In this document: in pieces, positions 1-8,927 of the stretch
Position numbering within the stretch: the stretch's first letter is position 1
Layout of the letters: each line of letters starts with the position of its first letter
DNA from: Planctomycetota bacterium
Lineage (GTDB): Bacteria; Planctomycetota; UBA8108; SXIK01
Reading direction: 5' to 3'
DNA: 64,000 nucleotides
Assembly (NCBI GenBank): GCA_965223265.1
Contig: OZ244999.1
Coordinates: 6,208,001 to 6,272,000, forward strand
Made by a program: the position numbers and the translations under genes
The notes under the pieces: model-generated
What the model was told of the DNA's origin: nothing
What the model saw: the letters and a program-made list of their open reading frames with translations, nothing else
Database searches by the model: none

Positions 1-1085
1 ATTCTTTGAAAAAGAGCTCGATCTGCCAACGCAGTCTGTAGAGAGCCGCGACGATGCTCGGTGGAAACGCTCTAGGGCACAGCGTAGTCAACAGGTACAC
101 GTGGACGTCCTTGTGTCTCACATAGAAGATGACGAGCCGAAGGCAGTGGCCTTTCCCTTCGATAAGCAGATCGACGTTGCTCTTGGGAAGTTTCAGATCG
201 CGAAGTTTCATCCCTTCCGTTGTGCGGTGCTTGAAGGGACCACGGTAGCACTTGCGGATCTTGGGATTGAACGCCTTGTGGCTCATGCGGCCGAGGAAAT
301 CCCCGCCCGCGGCTCTCACCCGAGCGGGATACTCGTAACTGGTGTACCCCTTGTCCCCCAGGATGAGTTTGCCGGCAACCTCTTCCGGCTCAGGAAGGAA
401 GTCTCGCTCTGTTTCACTATCGGGCGCGACAGCCACCGCTACCGGTTGGCCGTCGTAGAGACTGTACGTGCAGTGCACTTCGATCGCTGCAGGGGAGATC
501 TTCGTAAATCGTCCTGGGAAGTAATCGACGAGTGAATCATTTACCTCGAACGAGCTCCCGTCCTGCGCAACGATGTCTTCGAATCGCCGAAGATACCGTG
601 ATCTGCCGTGTCGAATGGGATCGGACAACTCGCTCATGAACAAGGCCAGCGTCTTACGCATGAACTCCGGAAAGCCGGGAACTGAAAGGCGATCGTGGAA
701 CGGCTTGTAGGACATCGACTCGCCCGTCAGATCGGTAAACAGTCTCAAGACTGCCGCGAGACTGTTTGTCGTTCCCGATCCCATCGCGGTCACGAACGTC
801 CAGACCGCACGAATAGGCGTGAACTTTCGCAGCCGCTCGAAGAAAACTGCTTCGGACGCGATCGTGTTGATGCTTTTTTCCGAGAGGACCCGTTTCAACG
901 CAGACGCACACCGGATAAAATCGTGGCTCATTGTTTGCCCTCCACTTCTTGTTTGGCGATGAGCTGTGGAGGGTTTTTTTACGCGAAAACCAGCGCCCCG
1001 TCGATGAATCGTCGTAAGTCATCGCCACGATGAGACTTACTAACATCCAATCTATGAGGCCAAGCTAAGTCGCGCCCCCTCTTAG
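1..1085 (-). mobile_element. IS4-family insertion sequence (partial); outer end approximate
   Basis: Transposase above. A candidate end lies near GCTAAGTCGCGCCCCCTC (~1064-1081). The other end is outside the window, so the TIR cannot be confirmed. Confidence 0.65.
2..931 (-). CDS. IS4-family DDE transposase, runs off the window start (absent from ORF track)
   Basis: Manual minus-strand translation from ATG 931 (RBS GGAGG): MSHDFIRCASALKRVLSEKSIN...IVAQDGSSF...LILGDKGY...LYRLRWQIELFFKE. Contains the DDE residues and the IS4 YxxRxxxE signature. Confidence 0.9.
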   Translation of the reverse strand, partial: MSHDFIRCASALKRVLSEKSINTIASEAVFFERLRKFTPIRAVWTFVTAMGSGTTNSLAAVLRLFTDLTGESMSYKPFHDRLSVPGFPEFMRKTLALFMSELSDPIRHGRSRYLRRFEDIVAQDGSSFEVNDSLVDYFPGRFTKISPAAIEVHCTYSLYDGQPVAVAVAPDSETERDFLPEPEEVAGKLILGDKGYTSYEYPARVRAAGGDFLGRMSHKAFNPKIRKCYRGPFKHRTTEGMKLRDLKLPKSNVDLLIEGKGHCLRLVIFYVRHKDVHVYLLTTLCPRAFPPSIVAALYRLRWQIELFFKE

Positions 1086-1212
1086 CTCGCCGGTTCGGCG
1101 CGTCGTCCTGCCTCTTTGTGGCCTTCCCATGGAAGGCAACGAAGGCGGCTCAAGCGACAGCCTCACCTCGGACGCTGTCTTTCAACGAGCTGATGCGCTA
1201 GCTCGAGGTTAA

Positions 1213-1371
1213 CAGCCTGTTGAAAAAGTGCTTCGAGCCGAAAACTGGTCTCTTCGCGTCCAGATCGGCCGCGGCAAACGCAGGTAATCTCCGAGATTTT
1301 CGAGTATTGACGCGGTCGAGCTGGGCGTGAAGAGGCCGGTTTCTCGGCCGAATGACTTTTTCAACGGGCTG
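1213..1371. mobile_element. MITE copy 1 (159 bp, non-autonomous, long imperfect palindrome)
   Basis: TIRs CAGCCTGTTGAAAAAGT / ACTTTTTCAACGGGCTG (16/17 match). TTAA is duplicated at 1209-1212 and 1372-1375. A second copy lies at 39191-39367. Confidence 0.85.
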
Positions 1372-2268
1372 TTAAGGCGCACACAAGAGCCCGTCCTCGG
1401 TGCGGTCGGCGCCAGGAAAAGGGTAGGGCGCCGGCACGTCAGCGCCGCGCAAGAAGAGAAACTCAAGCGCGAAGATGGCGTCAGCGAGGTCGACGACACC
1501 GTCGTCATTCGTGTCCATGGCGTCGGCACAGCCGGCCACCGTTTGGCCGGCGAAGAGTCGAATGAGGGTCGCAATTGGATCGCCGATGTCGATTTCCCCG
1601 TCCCCTGAAGCGTCGCCGCGGACGAAGTTTTCCTGCACGCGTACCAAACCTGTCATCCCCATCACCTCGTGCGGTCGACAAAAGTAGGGCTGCTCGCCGG
1701 GCGCATCAAATTGGTAGACGAACACCGGCTTGGCGTCGGAAGATTCTTCGTCGAAGAGCGCGCCCGGATCGTCGGCCGGGTTCGACGAAAGTCCGCTAGT
1801 CACCGTGTGAAAATCCTCGTTCGGCTCGTGTTCCCAACGCACCGAGTCGCCCGCAAAGATGCTGACGACTTGGGGCAAGAAAGCGTTGTCGACGACGCCG
1901 ACGCGCACAGTCCTAGCTCCAGATTCGACCTGAATGAATCCCAGCTGACCGGGATTCATGGCGTCAAAGAAACTCACGCCGCTGGCGAGCGCCGCGTCGA
2001 GTTCGAAACGAAAAACCGGATGCATCGCATCGAGTGGCGCAGAGAAGAGGCGTCCTGGCTCATCGGGCGTATCCGGGTCGCCGTCCGGTCGACCGCTCAT
2101 GACAAGGTGTTCCCCAGACCGCCACTCAAAAACCACCTCGCCGCCGCGGGGCACAGTCACGCTCTGCGGCAAGAACGCCGTGCTAAAGAATTGAACCAGC
2201 GCGTCGTCGGCGACTCCGGCAGGAGTCAACAGACAGGCGGCCGCAAGCCACGCAGATCGGCACCGCAT
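1372..2268 (-). CDS. Secreted tandem cupredoxin (plastocyanin/azurin-like) protein with C-terminal dockerin-like domain
   Basis: Signal-like MRCRSAWLAAACLL; the ORF could extend to 2337. Domain 2 has type-1 Cu ligands HTVT...YFCRPHEVMGM. Tail: FVRGDASGDGEIDIGDP...ADAMDTNDDGVVDLADA. Confidence 0.8.
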   Translation of the reverse strand: MRCRSAWLAAACLLTPAGVADDALVQFFSTAFLPQSVTVPRGGEVVFEWRSGEHLVMSGRPDGDPDTPDEPGRLFSAPLDAMHPVFRFELDAALASGVSFFDAMNPGQLGFIQVESGARTVRVGVVDNAFLPQVVSIFAGDSVRWEHEPNEDFHTVTSGLSSNPADDPGALFDEESSDAKPVFVYQFDAPGEQPYFCRPHEVMGMTGLVRVQENFVRGDASGDGEIDIGDPIATLIRLFAGQTVAGCADAMDTNDDGVVDLADAIFALEFLFLRGADVPAPYPFPGADRTEDGLLCAP

Positions 2269-2968
2269 ATGACGCCGCTCGTCCACGGCACGCGCCGGTT
2301 GGGTGCGATCAAACTTCGATCGAAAGATTGATTCCACGTGATCTCACTCGAGTTGGCTCTGTCGCGCTCAGACTCGGTCGGTGGCTACCCGCGACGGTCA
2401 ACGTACATACCGAGAAACGCTGACGCAGGTAGCCGCGAGCTCACGAAACGCACTGAATGGCGATCGGAGACGAACACGTTCAGGAAGAAAAAAAGAGCCG
2501 TGAAAATCGCAAACGTTCGAGAGACAGCATACCGCGTGCCACAGAGACGAGCGATGACTACTCGTGGGATTTCACGGATTTCCAGTGGCATTCGAAACGC
2601 AAATCGCGGCGCGCGTTGGGCGCAAACATGCCCTGGTTTGACAGCATGATGGAGGTATGATAACTTTCTTCCGAGATCGAAAAACGCAGAACAAAGCGGC
2701 GTGACGGCAGAGAAAGACGCCAAACAAACGACCACGCTGATGCCGACAGTAGAGATGATCATTGTCGAGGTTGAGTCTTCGCGCCAAGTGTTCCGAGGGA
2801 GCCTCCTCGGTTGAATCTTCAACTTCAGATGCTGAGTCTGGTCAGTAGGTCACCTCGAAGCGCTCGGCGCGAAACCTTTTCGTCGAGACCGCCCTCATCG
2901 GCGGCAATCTTCACCACGCGCTGACTCGCCTCCCGCCGGCGAGCCCACCACCAAATCGGGAACACACG

Positions 2969-3301
2969 ATGTGCCACAACTGCCCCCTACGTCGTACGTG
3001 CACTTGCATCTGCATGTACGTCGAAGGCGAGCTCCCGAGTATGGAGGCTGGCCGCGTCGACCATGAAGATCTCCAGCGTCTCCACCACGGCATGACTATG
3101 ACGCGGGCGCTCCTCGACCACGAAGCGCTTCTGACGCGTCGCCAGCGCGAGGTCGTCCAGCTCTACTTCCGCGAGAACCTGCAGCAGCAACAAATCGCGG
3201 AACGCCTTGGGATCTCGCAGCAGGCTGTCGGAGATTCGCTCGCGCGCGCTCGAAGCGCTGTTGGCGCGCGCCTCAAGAGCACGATGACCAGCGTCGATTG
3301 A
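2969..3301 (+). CDS. Small sigma70 region-4 HTH protein with N-terminal Cys cluster
   Basis: C-terminal LTRRQREVVQLYFRENLQQQQIAERLGISQQAV (sigma70_r4-like). N-terminal CHNCPLRRTCTCIC. Confidence 0.7.
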   Translation: MCHNCPLRRTCTCICMYVEGELPSMEAGRVDHEDLQRLHHGMTMTRALLDHEALLTRRQREVVQLYFRENLQQQQIAERLGISQQAVGDSLARARSAVGARLKSTMTSVD

Positions 3302-3654
3302 CGATCTGGGCATAGACCCGGGGCGAGCACCCCCGCAGGCGTGCATAGTGCCCTCAGCCATGGCGCAGTGGTGCCACAGCAAGCCGCAGACAAGAGCTGC
3401 GGAGGACGCCGGGTGCTCACGCCCGAACAGCCACCTGCCAGACGCGGCGCGCCCACGCGATTTGTTGCCCCAGCGCCGACACCGTGCGAGAGAAATTGAC
3501 TAGAGTTAGCAGCGTCAGTATACTCGCAGCGGGAAACTTCTCCGGAAGAAGCACCGGAGAGATGGGTATTCCCGCCGATGGCCTCTCCCCGGCACCCGAA
3601 TCTATCCTTCCGCCTCCTTCGAGACACAACTCGCCAGTTCGTGTGGAGAAATCT

Positions 3655-5937
3655 ATGCTAGCAGCCGATTTATGGCGCTTGTTTCGTCTTGCACTCGTGT
3701 TGATCGCCGTCACCTCAGCACAGATCGTCCTGACAGAGTCCGCCTTCGCTCAGTGCTCGTGCTCGTCGGACGCCGCATTGGGTACTTGTGCGATCCGTGT
3801 ACTGCAACCAGGCGACAACAGTGCACTCGGATCCGACGCCTACCCAGATCAGTTCCCCGGTCCCGGAACGGTAGTTTCAGGCGATAGCGGCGACTTTCTC
3901 TACGTGGCTGATTTCTTCAGCGGTCGAGCCTACGTTTTCGAGTACGTCGTTTCGCCCATCGCCGCGGTGAAAATCGTCGATCGGGTCGTTCCCTCGCCGG
4001 CCGGTACCGCGCAGCTCAGTGGTCTGACTGCCGTGGGCGAGACGCTGATCTGGGCTGCCGGCAACAGTCTCTGGAGCACGAACTCCGAGGGCGGTGAGGT
4101 AGCCGAATTGGGCACGATCAATCTGACAGCAGTCGCCGATGCCATTTCAGCGGCGACGGGCCAGACGTTGAGCGCGGGGGCGCTCGGCGGCATCGTTTAC
4201 CATCCCTCGCGTGAGTCGCTGTGGGCTGTCGATATCGTCAACGACCTTTACTTCGAAGTTCAGCTCGACGGCCAACTCGTTCTCGACGCCGGCGACCGCC
4301 CGAACTTTTTCTTCAACCCGATGCGCGCGCCGCTTGGCGGAGCGTACGGCAACGATCTGACCTATGTGGCCAACGAGCAAGGCGAGTTTTTCGACGTTCT
4401 CGCTGGCCCCCTGAGTGCGGGTCGCCCGAATCATGTGTTTCGCCTGCATGCCGTCGCCGGCGCGGACTTCGAGATCGGCGACGAGACTGGCGTGCGCTAC
4501 GCGCTGGACGATCAGCTCGAGTCGCCCGAATTCCCAACGGGAATCGTCCACTGGCAAGATTCCTGCTCCAGCGGCCAGGGAAGCGAATTTGTTTTCGACC
4601 TCAGTCTCTCCGGCGCATCGCCGAGGCTGATCGAGGTAGCGGGTGATACTCCACAGTTCGGCACCCCTGCAGACTTTCAGTGCACACCGATCTCGGACAC
4701 CTCCGCAGAACTGACTTGGCGAAAAGATCTGCCGTACGAGACGCTGACGATCGTCCGGAGGAACCTCTCGACAGGAGTCGAGACCGAGATCCTATCGACA
4801 ACGTTTGAGGAAGACTCAGGCAGTACGCTCGATGAGGGAATTCCGCCCGGCACCTACGAATATATCGCGACCACCAGCACGGAGACCGCTGACGTCCCCG
4901 AACTGCGCTGCCGCCTAAACATCGGGCGCGGTCGAAGCGTCAACTTGGGCGCGGCCGGCGACAACCCATACGGCGTGACCCTGGCTGACGGCGAAATCGT
5001 CGTCGCCGACTTGAGCGGCACGGCGTCGATTCTCGACTCCGGCCTGCAGGTGCAATCGACCCTTCCGAGTCCGTTCACTGAGTCAGGCACAACGACCGGC
5101 ATCGCCTATCGACCCGCCAACCAGCGCCTCTTCTGGATGCAAGATACCGGTAGCGCCTACTTGCTTGCTGCCACCAACATGGCAGGCGAAGTGCAGGGCG
5201 ACGTGGCTCTGATTGAGAGCCCGCTCAACTTTGTCCGTGGAATGCAGCTCGGAGACGTCGCGTACGATGGCGCCAACGACTATTTTTGGACGGTCGATCG
5301 TCTGACGTCGACCGTTTTTCCGATCTCGCCGTCGGGAACCATCCCGACGCCGTTCGAAACGCAGCAGCTTTCGCTGGGCGAAGGCACCATCCTTGGTGGC
5401 GGCGTCTCGGTGTTTGAGTCGTCGCCAACCTCGGTGACCCTCGATCTCACAGCTGGCACGGTCGATCGCGGTTTCGCGTCGGACTTCGTGCGCGTCGAGT
5501 TCAACCTAGACGACCTCACGTTCACGGAGCGCTTTCGCTTCGATCTTACGGCTTCGTTCGACGCAGCCAGCCCCGGCAGCATCGCTGTGAATGGTGACAC
5601 AGCCTTCGTGACGGCGCTCGATACCGGCGCGGTCTATGAGCTTGCCGTGAGTTCCCGCGATCTACCGTTCTTCCGACGCGGCGACGTCAACGACGACGAA
5701 GCCATCAATATCTCCGATCCGAGCGCGCTCCTTCTGCACCTCTTCCGCAGCGCTCCAGAGCCGACTTGCCCGGCAGCCGCGGACGCCAACCGCGACGACG
5801 CCCTGCAGCTCGCGGACGCGGTTTTCCTCTTCAACTATCTCTTCGTCAGCGGCGAGGCTCCGCCGGCTCCGTTCCCCAGCTGTGGGCCGGATCCAGACAC
5901 TGCACTGGATTGTTCCGCTTCGTCCTGTTCGCCCTGA
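3655..5937 (+). CDS. Large secreted beta-propeller/Fn3-like protein with C-terminal dockerin-like domain
   Basis: ATG 3655 after GGAGA; signal peptide ending AFA-Q; acidic propeller-like repeats (LYVADF, LWAVD, FWTVD). Tail: FRRGDVNDDEAINISDP...AADANRDDALQLADA...PPAPFPSCGPD. Confidence 0.75.
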   Translation: MLAADLWRLFRLALVLIAVTSAQIVLTESAFAQCSCSSDAALGTCAIRVLQPGDNSALGSDAYPDQFPGPGTVVSGDSGDFLYVADFFSGRAYVFEYVVSPIAAVKIVDRVVPSPAGTAQLSGLTAVGETLIWAAGNSLWSTNSEGGEVAELGTINLTAVADAISAATGQTLSAGALGGIVYHPSRESLWAVDIVNDLYFEVQLDGQLVLDAGDRPNFFFNPMRAPLGGAYGNDLTYVANEQGEFFDVLAGPLSAGRPNHVFRLHAVAGADFEIGDETGVRYALDDQLESPEFPTGIVHWQDSCSSGQGSEFVFDLSLSGASPRLIEVAGDTPQFGTPADFQCTPISDTSAELTWRKDLPYETLTIVRRNLSTGVETEILSTTFEEDSGSTLDEGIPPGTYEYIATTSTETADVPELRCRLNIGRGRSVNLGAAGDNPYGVTLADGEIVVADLSGTASILDSGLQVQSTLPSPFTESGTTTGIAYRPANQRLFWMQDTGSAYLLAATNMAGEVQGDVALIESPLNFVRGMQLGDVAYDGANDYFWTVDRLTSTVFPISPSGTIPTPFETQQLSLGEGTILGGGVSVFESSPTSVTLDLTAGTVDRGFASDFVRVEFNLDDLTFTERFRFDLTASFDAASPGSIAVNGDTAFVTALDTGAVYELAVSSRDLPFFRRGDVNDDEAINISDPSALLLHLFRSAPEPTCPAAADANRDDALQLADAVFLFNYLFVSGEAPPAPFPSCGPDPDTALDCSASSCSP

Positions 5938-6430
5938 CACCCCGCCGCACTCGATCCACGGCGCCGAGAAACAGAAGCGACACCTTGTGCCGTCGTTTTG
6001 AAGTCTTGCTGCGGGTTTGTTGCGGGCAGCCGTCCCGGGGCTGCTACGCGCAGGGTGGCGCTTCGAAAGCGGCGCCTCTCCCGCCCAGATCGACTTCGGG
6101 ATCTGCCAGGTCATCGCCGCAGTTAACGAGTCTGGACGCGATCGGGCCGGGCGTGACGACGACGTTCTTCGCCGCGATGAACCATACGGCGACAGGTTGA
6201 ACCTCTTTCAACTTTCCCGGAACGTCGGCCGCGGGATCACATCGCCTGCGTCGACCGGCGTGAAACTTTTTCGGCCGCCGGCAGGTGAAAAAAAAGCGTC
6301 GGTCCGTTACTCTTCCATGGACCGAAAAAAAGGCAAAGAAATCGCCCCTCGGGTCCGAAGGAAGCAGGAGAAGAATCATTACGGGCAGTTCGTGACTCGA
6401 TGAGGGCTCTTCTTTGCACGACGAAGGGAA

Positions 6431-7648
6431 GTGAAAGACGGAATGAAGCGAGCACAGACTCTCCGCCTCGTGGTGCCGTTCGTGGCACTCTGGTTCTGCG
6501 CCTGCGCGGCCACATCGCATCACGGCTCGTCGACACGACGCGCGACAGAGCTGTTTTCTTCCGGGGATTACGCTGCCGCGGCAACGCATTTTCGCGACGC
6601 TGCCGACAGCGCCCGCACCGATGCGGCGCGGTATCGCGCTTTTGTGGGTCTTGGCCGCGCTCAACTTCACGCCGACCAGCCCATGGCGGCACTCCAATCT
6701 CTCTACAAGGCACAGGGCTTCAGCCGCGCCGAACAAGAGTCTGAAGTTTATCGTCTGATCGGTGTCTGCTACCTAGCTACCGGAGACTACAAACTGGCCA
6801 GCAACTATCTGCTCAAAAGGCTGGCGCGTGGTGGCTGGGAGCGCGAAGTCGCTCTCGCGTACACGAGCTTTTGTCTGAGCGAGCTGGGCGACAAGGTCGG
6901 CGCCGCTCGGTATCGACGTAAGCTCGCCTCGCCGCTCTCTCAAAGAGTGAAGGACATCATCGACGGGCGGGACGCCATGACGGTGAAGTCACGCACGGCG
7001 GCGCGCGATCGACACGTGCGGAGCCAGCTGGCAACGATGCGTCGCCCGGTACAGCGCCGCCCCCAAGTCGCCAAACGCCAGCCAAAACCACAGCGACGTC
7101 CTGAGAGCAGGAAACCGCTGTCGATCTTACCCCGCAACTTGTGGAAACCGCGCCCGAGGAAGGCGAACGTCGAACACATGGGGAAGATTTATCGCTTGAC
7201 GATTCATCACAGCGCTGGAGACGCGTTCTGGGAACACGACTTCTCGGCGACTGCGGCGCACATCAAGAACATTCAACGCTTTCACCAGGTCAAGAATCGC
7301 TGGGCGGATATCGGCTACCACTTCATCGTCGACCGCACTGGAAACGTCTGGGAAGGTCGCAAGCTCCACTATCAGGGCGCCCATGCTGGCGGCGTCGCCA
7401 ACCACGGCAACATCGGCATCGTCGTGCTCGGAAACTACACTCGCCAGAAACTCCACCCACGGCAGAGGACACGCCTCGCGACCTTCGTCAAAAGTCTTTG
7501 CGAGCGCTACGGCATACCGGCAAATCGGGTTCACACCCACAATGAGCTGCAGCCAGGTCACACGGAATGTCCGGGCTCGGCCCTATCGCACTTCGTCGCC
7601 GGACTGCGCCGGCACCTACGGGCGTCGCAAATCGCACTCGGCAAGTAA
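6431..7648 (+). CDS. TPR + N-acetylmuramoyl-L-alanine amidase (Amidase_2/PGRP-like), probable lipoprotein
   Basis: Lipobox-like FCAC; TPR helices; TIHHSA, WADIGYHF, GAHAGG, HTHNEL and TECPG motifs with Zn ligands intact. Confidence 0.85.
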   Translation: MKDGMKRAQTLRLVVPFVALWFCACAATSHHGSSTRRATELFSSGDYAAAATHFRDAADSARTDAARYRAFVGLGRAQLHADQPMAALQSLYKAQGFSRAEQESEVYRLIGVCYLATGDYKLASNYLLKRLARGGWEREVALAYTSFCLSELGDKVGAARYRRKLASPLSQRVKDIIDGRDAMTVKSRTAARDRHVRSQLATMRRPVQRRPQVAKRQPKPQRRPESRKPLSILPRNLWKPRPRKANVEHMGKIYRLTIHHSAGDAFWEHDFSATAAHIKNIQRFHQVKNRWADIGYHFIVDRTGNVWEGRKLHYQGAHAGGVANHGNIGIVVLGNYTRQKLHPRQRTRLATFVKSLCERYGIPANRVHTHNELQPGHTECPGSALSHFVAGLRRHLRASQIALGK

Positions 7649-7735
7649 CGTGCGGCCACGGAGCTGAATCCTCAGTGACGCTAGCGACTCGGCGTCCCGC
7701 AGCGACGAAGGTGCCCGCACGCGAGCCCCCGAGGG

Positions 7736-8089
7736 CTAGCGCGAAGCGGTTGACAGCTCGATCACCCGATCCCAGTCGTCGGGCTGCAGCGGATCGTCAA
7801 GCGCCAGCCGGTTGCGGCGCTCGATCCCGCAGCCTTCGCAGACGTGGATGACGAACCACGTCTGCCGCTCCTGATCGATCCGAACCGGCCTCATCAGCCC
7901 TTGGCAGTGCGCAGCACGGTCGCCGGGTACGACGTCAACGTGTCGAGACCAGAGGCAGGCTGGACAGTGGCTGCGAAAGCCGCGACGCAGCGGCTTCACC
8001 TCGACGCCGCAGGCGAGACAAGCGAAGGGATCGTTCCCGCGACCGAGAAAGTTTCGCCGTTCGCCGCTGCGGCGCTCACTTTGGCTCAC
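7736..8089 (-). CDS. RNHCP-domain protein
   Basis: FACLACG...FRSHCPACLWSRHVD..PGDRA..CQGLM..HVCEGCG. Confidence 0.85.
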   Translation of the reverse strand: MSQSERRSGERRNFLGRGNDPFACLACGVEVKPLRRGFRSHCPACLWSRHVDVVPGDRAAHCQGLMRPVRIDQERQTWFVIHVCEGCGIERRNRLALDDPLQPDDWDRVIELSTASR

Positions 8090-8354
8090 GTCGAACTCCC
8101 TGCCGGATCTCCCGCGTTTCCGCACCAGACCATTCCCGCCAGCCCGAACCCCAGGCCAACAGCACAACTATGGGCAAACAAATGACTTAACACCATCGAG
8201 AAGCGACCACAAAAAGCGCTGTGATGACGATTTTCCTTCAGAGCCGTCCGGGCGTCGAGGTACGACCTTACAGAAGGCGACGGCGACAGCTCCGCGCCGA
8301 CTCGCTCAGATGCTAAAATAACCGCTTCCCCGCCGATCGAAAACCGAACAGCGC

Positions 8355-8927
8355 ATGAACTCCCCCGACGCCCAAACGCGAGCCAGAAAGTCCGAAGACT
8401 GCGAGCTCGTCCATCGAACCCGCCGCGGCGAGACGGCTGCCTTCGAGGCTCTCATCGCCAAATACCAACGCGCTGTCTTCAACATCGCGCTCTACAAGAG
8501 TAAGAATCATTTCGACGCCGAAGATCTAGTCCAAGACATCTTTCTCGCCGCGTACCGCGCCCTCGAGACGCTTCGTTCGCCGGAGAACTTTTCGAGCTGG
8601 CTGTTCGGGATCGCATACAACCGCTGCCACAAATGGTTCCAGCGCGAGCGAACGAAAGTCGTCAAGTTTGAAGTGCTGCGGCAGCGCGTTGCACGCGAGA
8701 CACGCCTACAGCAGCGTGCGAACTCCAGTGAGGACGTGCCGCTGTCCGAGTCACTGGCGCGCGTGCCGACCGAGATCCGCACGGTGCTTCGTTTTAAATA
8801 CCTCGAAGGATTGAGCTACCAAGAAATCGAAGAGCGAATGGGAATCAATGCGCACCGGATCGACTATCTGATTCGCAAAGGCAAACAAATGCTCCGTGAG
8901 CGCATGACGAAGAGCGAAGAACGATGA
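8355..8927 (+). CDS. ECF sigma-70 factor
   Basis: DAEDLVQDIFL, FSSWLFGIAYN (region 2) and EGLSYQEI (region 4). ATGA overlap with the anti-sigma gene. Confidence 0.92.
   Translation: MNSPDAQTRARKSEDCELVHRTRRGETAAFEALIAKYQRAVFNIALYKSKNHFDAEDLVQDIFLAAYRALETLRSPENFSSWLFGIAYNRCHKWFQRERTKVVKFEVLRQRVARETRLQQRANSSEDVPLSESLARVPTEIRTVLRFKYLEGLSYQEIEERMGINAHRIDYLIRKGKQMLRERMTKSEER

Noticed and set aside
101-1046. ORF-track entries 101-535, 654-1046 and 695-1033
   Set aside because: Shadow frames of the IS4 transposase.
2338-2968. Short ORFs in the long divergent intergenic region
   Set aside because: No recognisable motifs, atypical composition and mutually overlapping frames; more likely regulatory DNA.
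8170-8354. Autoregulatory ECF promoter
   Set aside because: No convincing -35/-10 pair shared with the region upstream of the selenoprotein gene.
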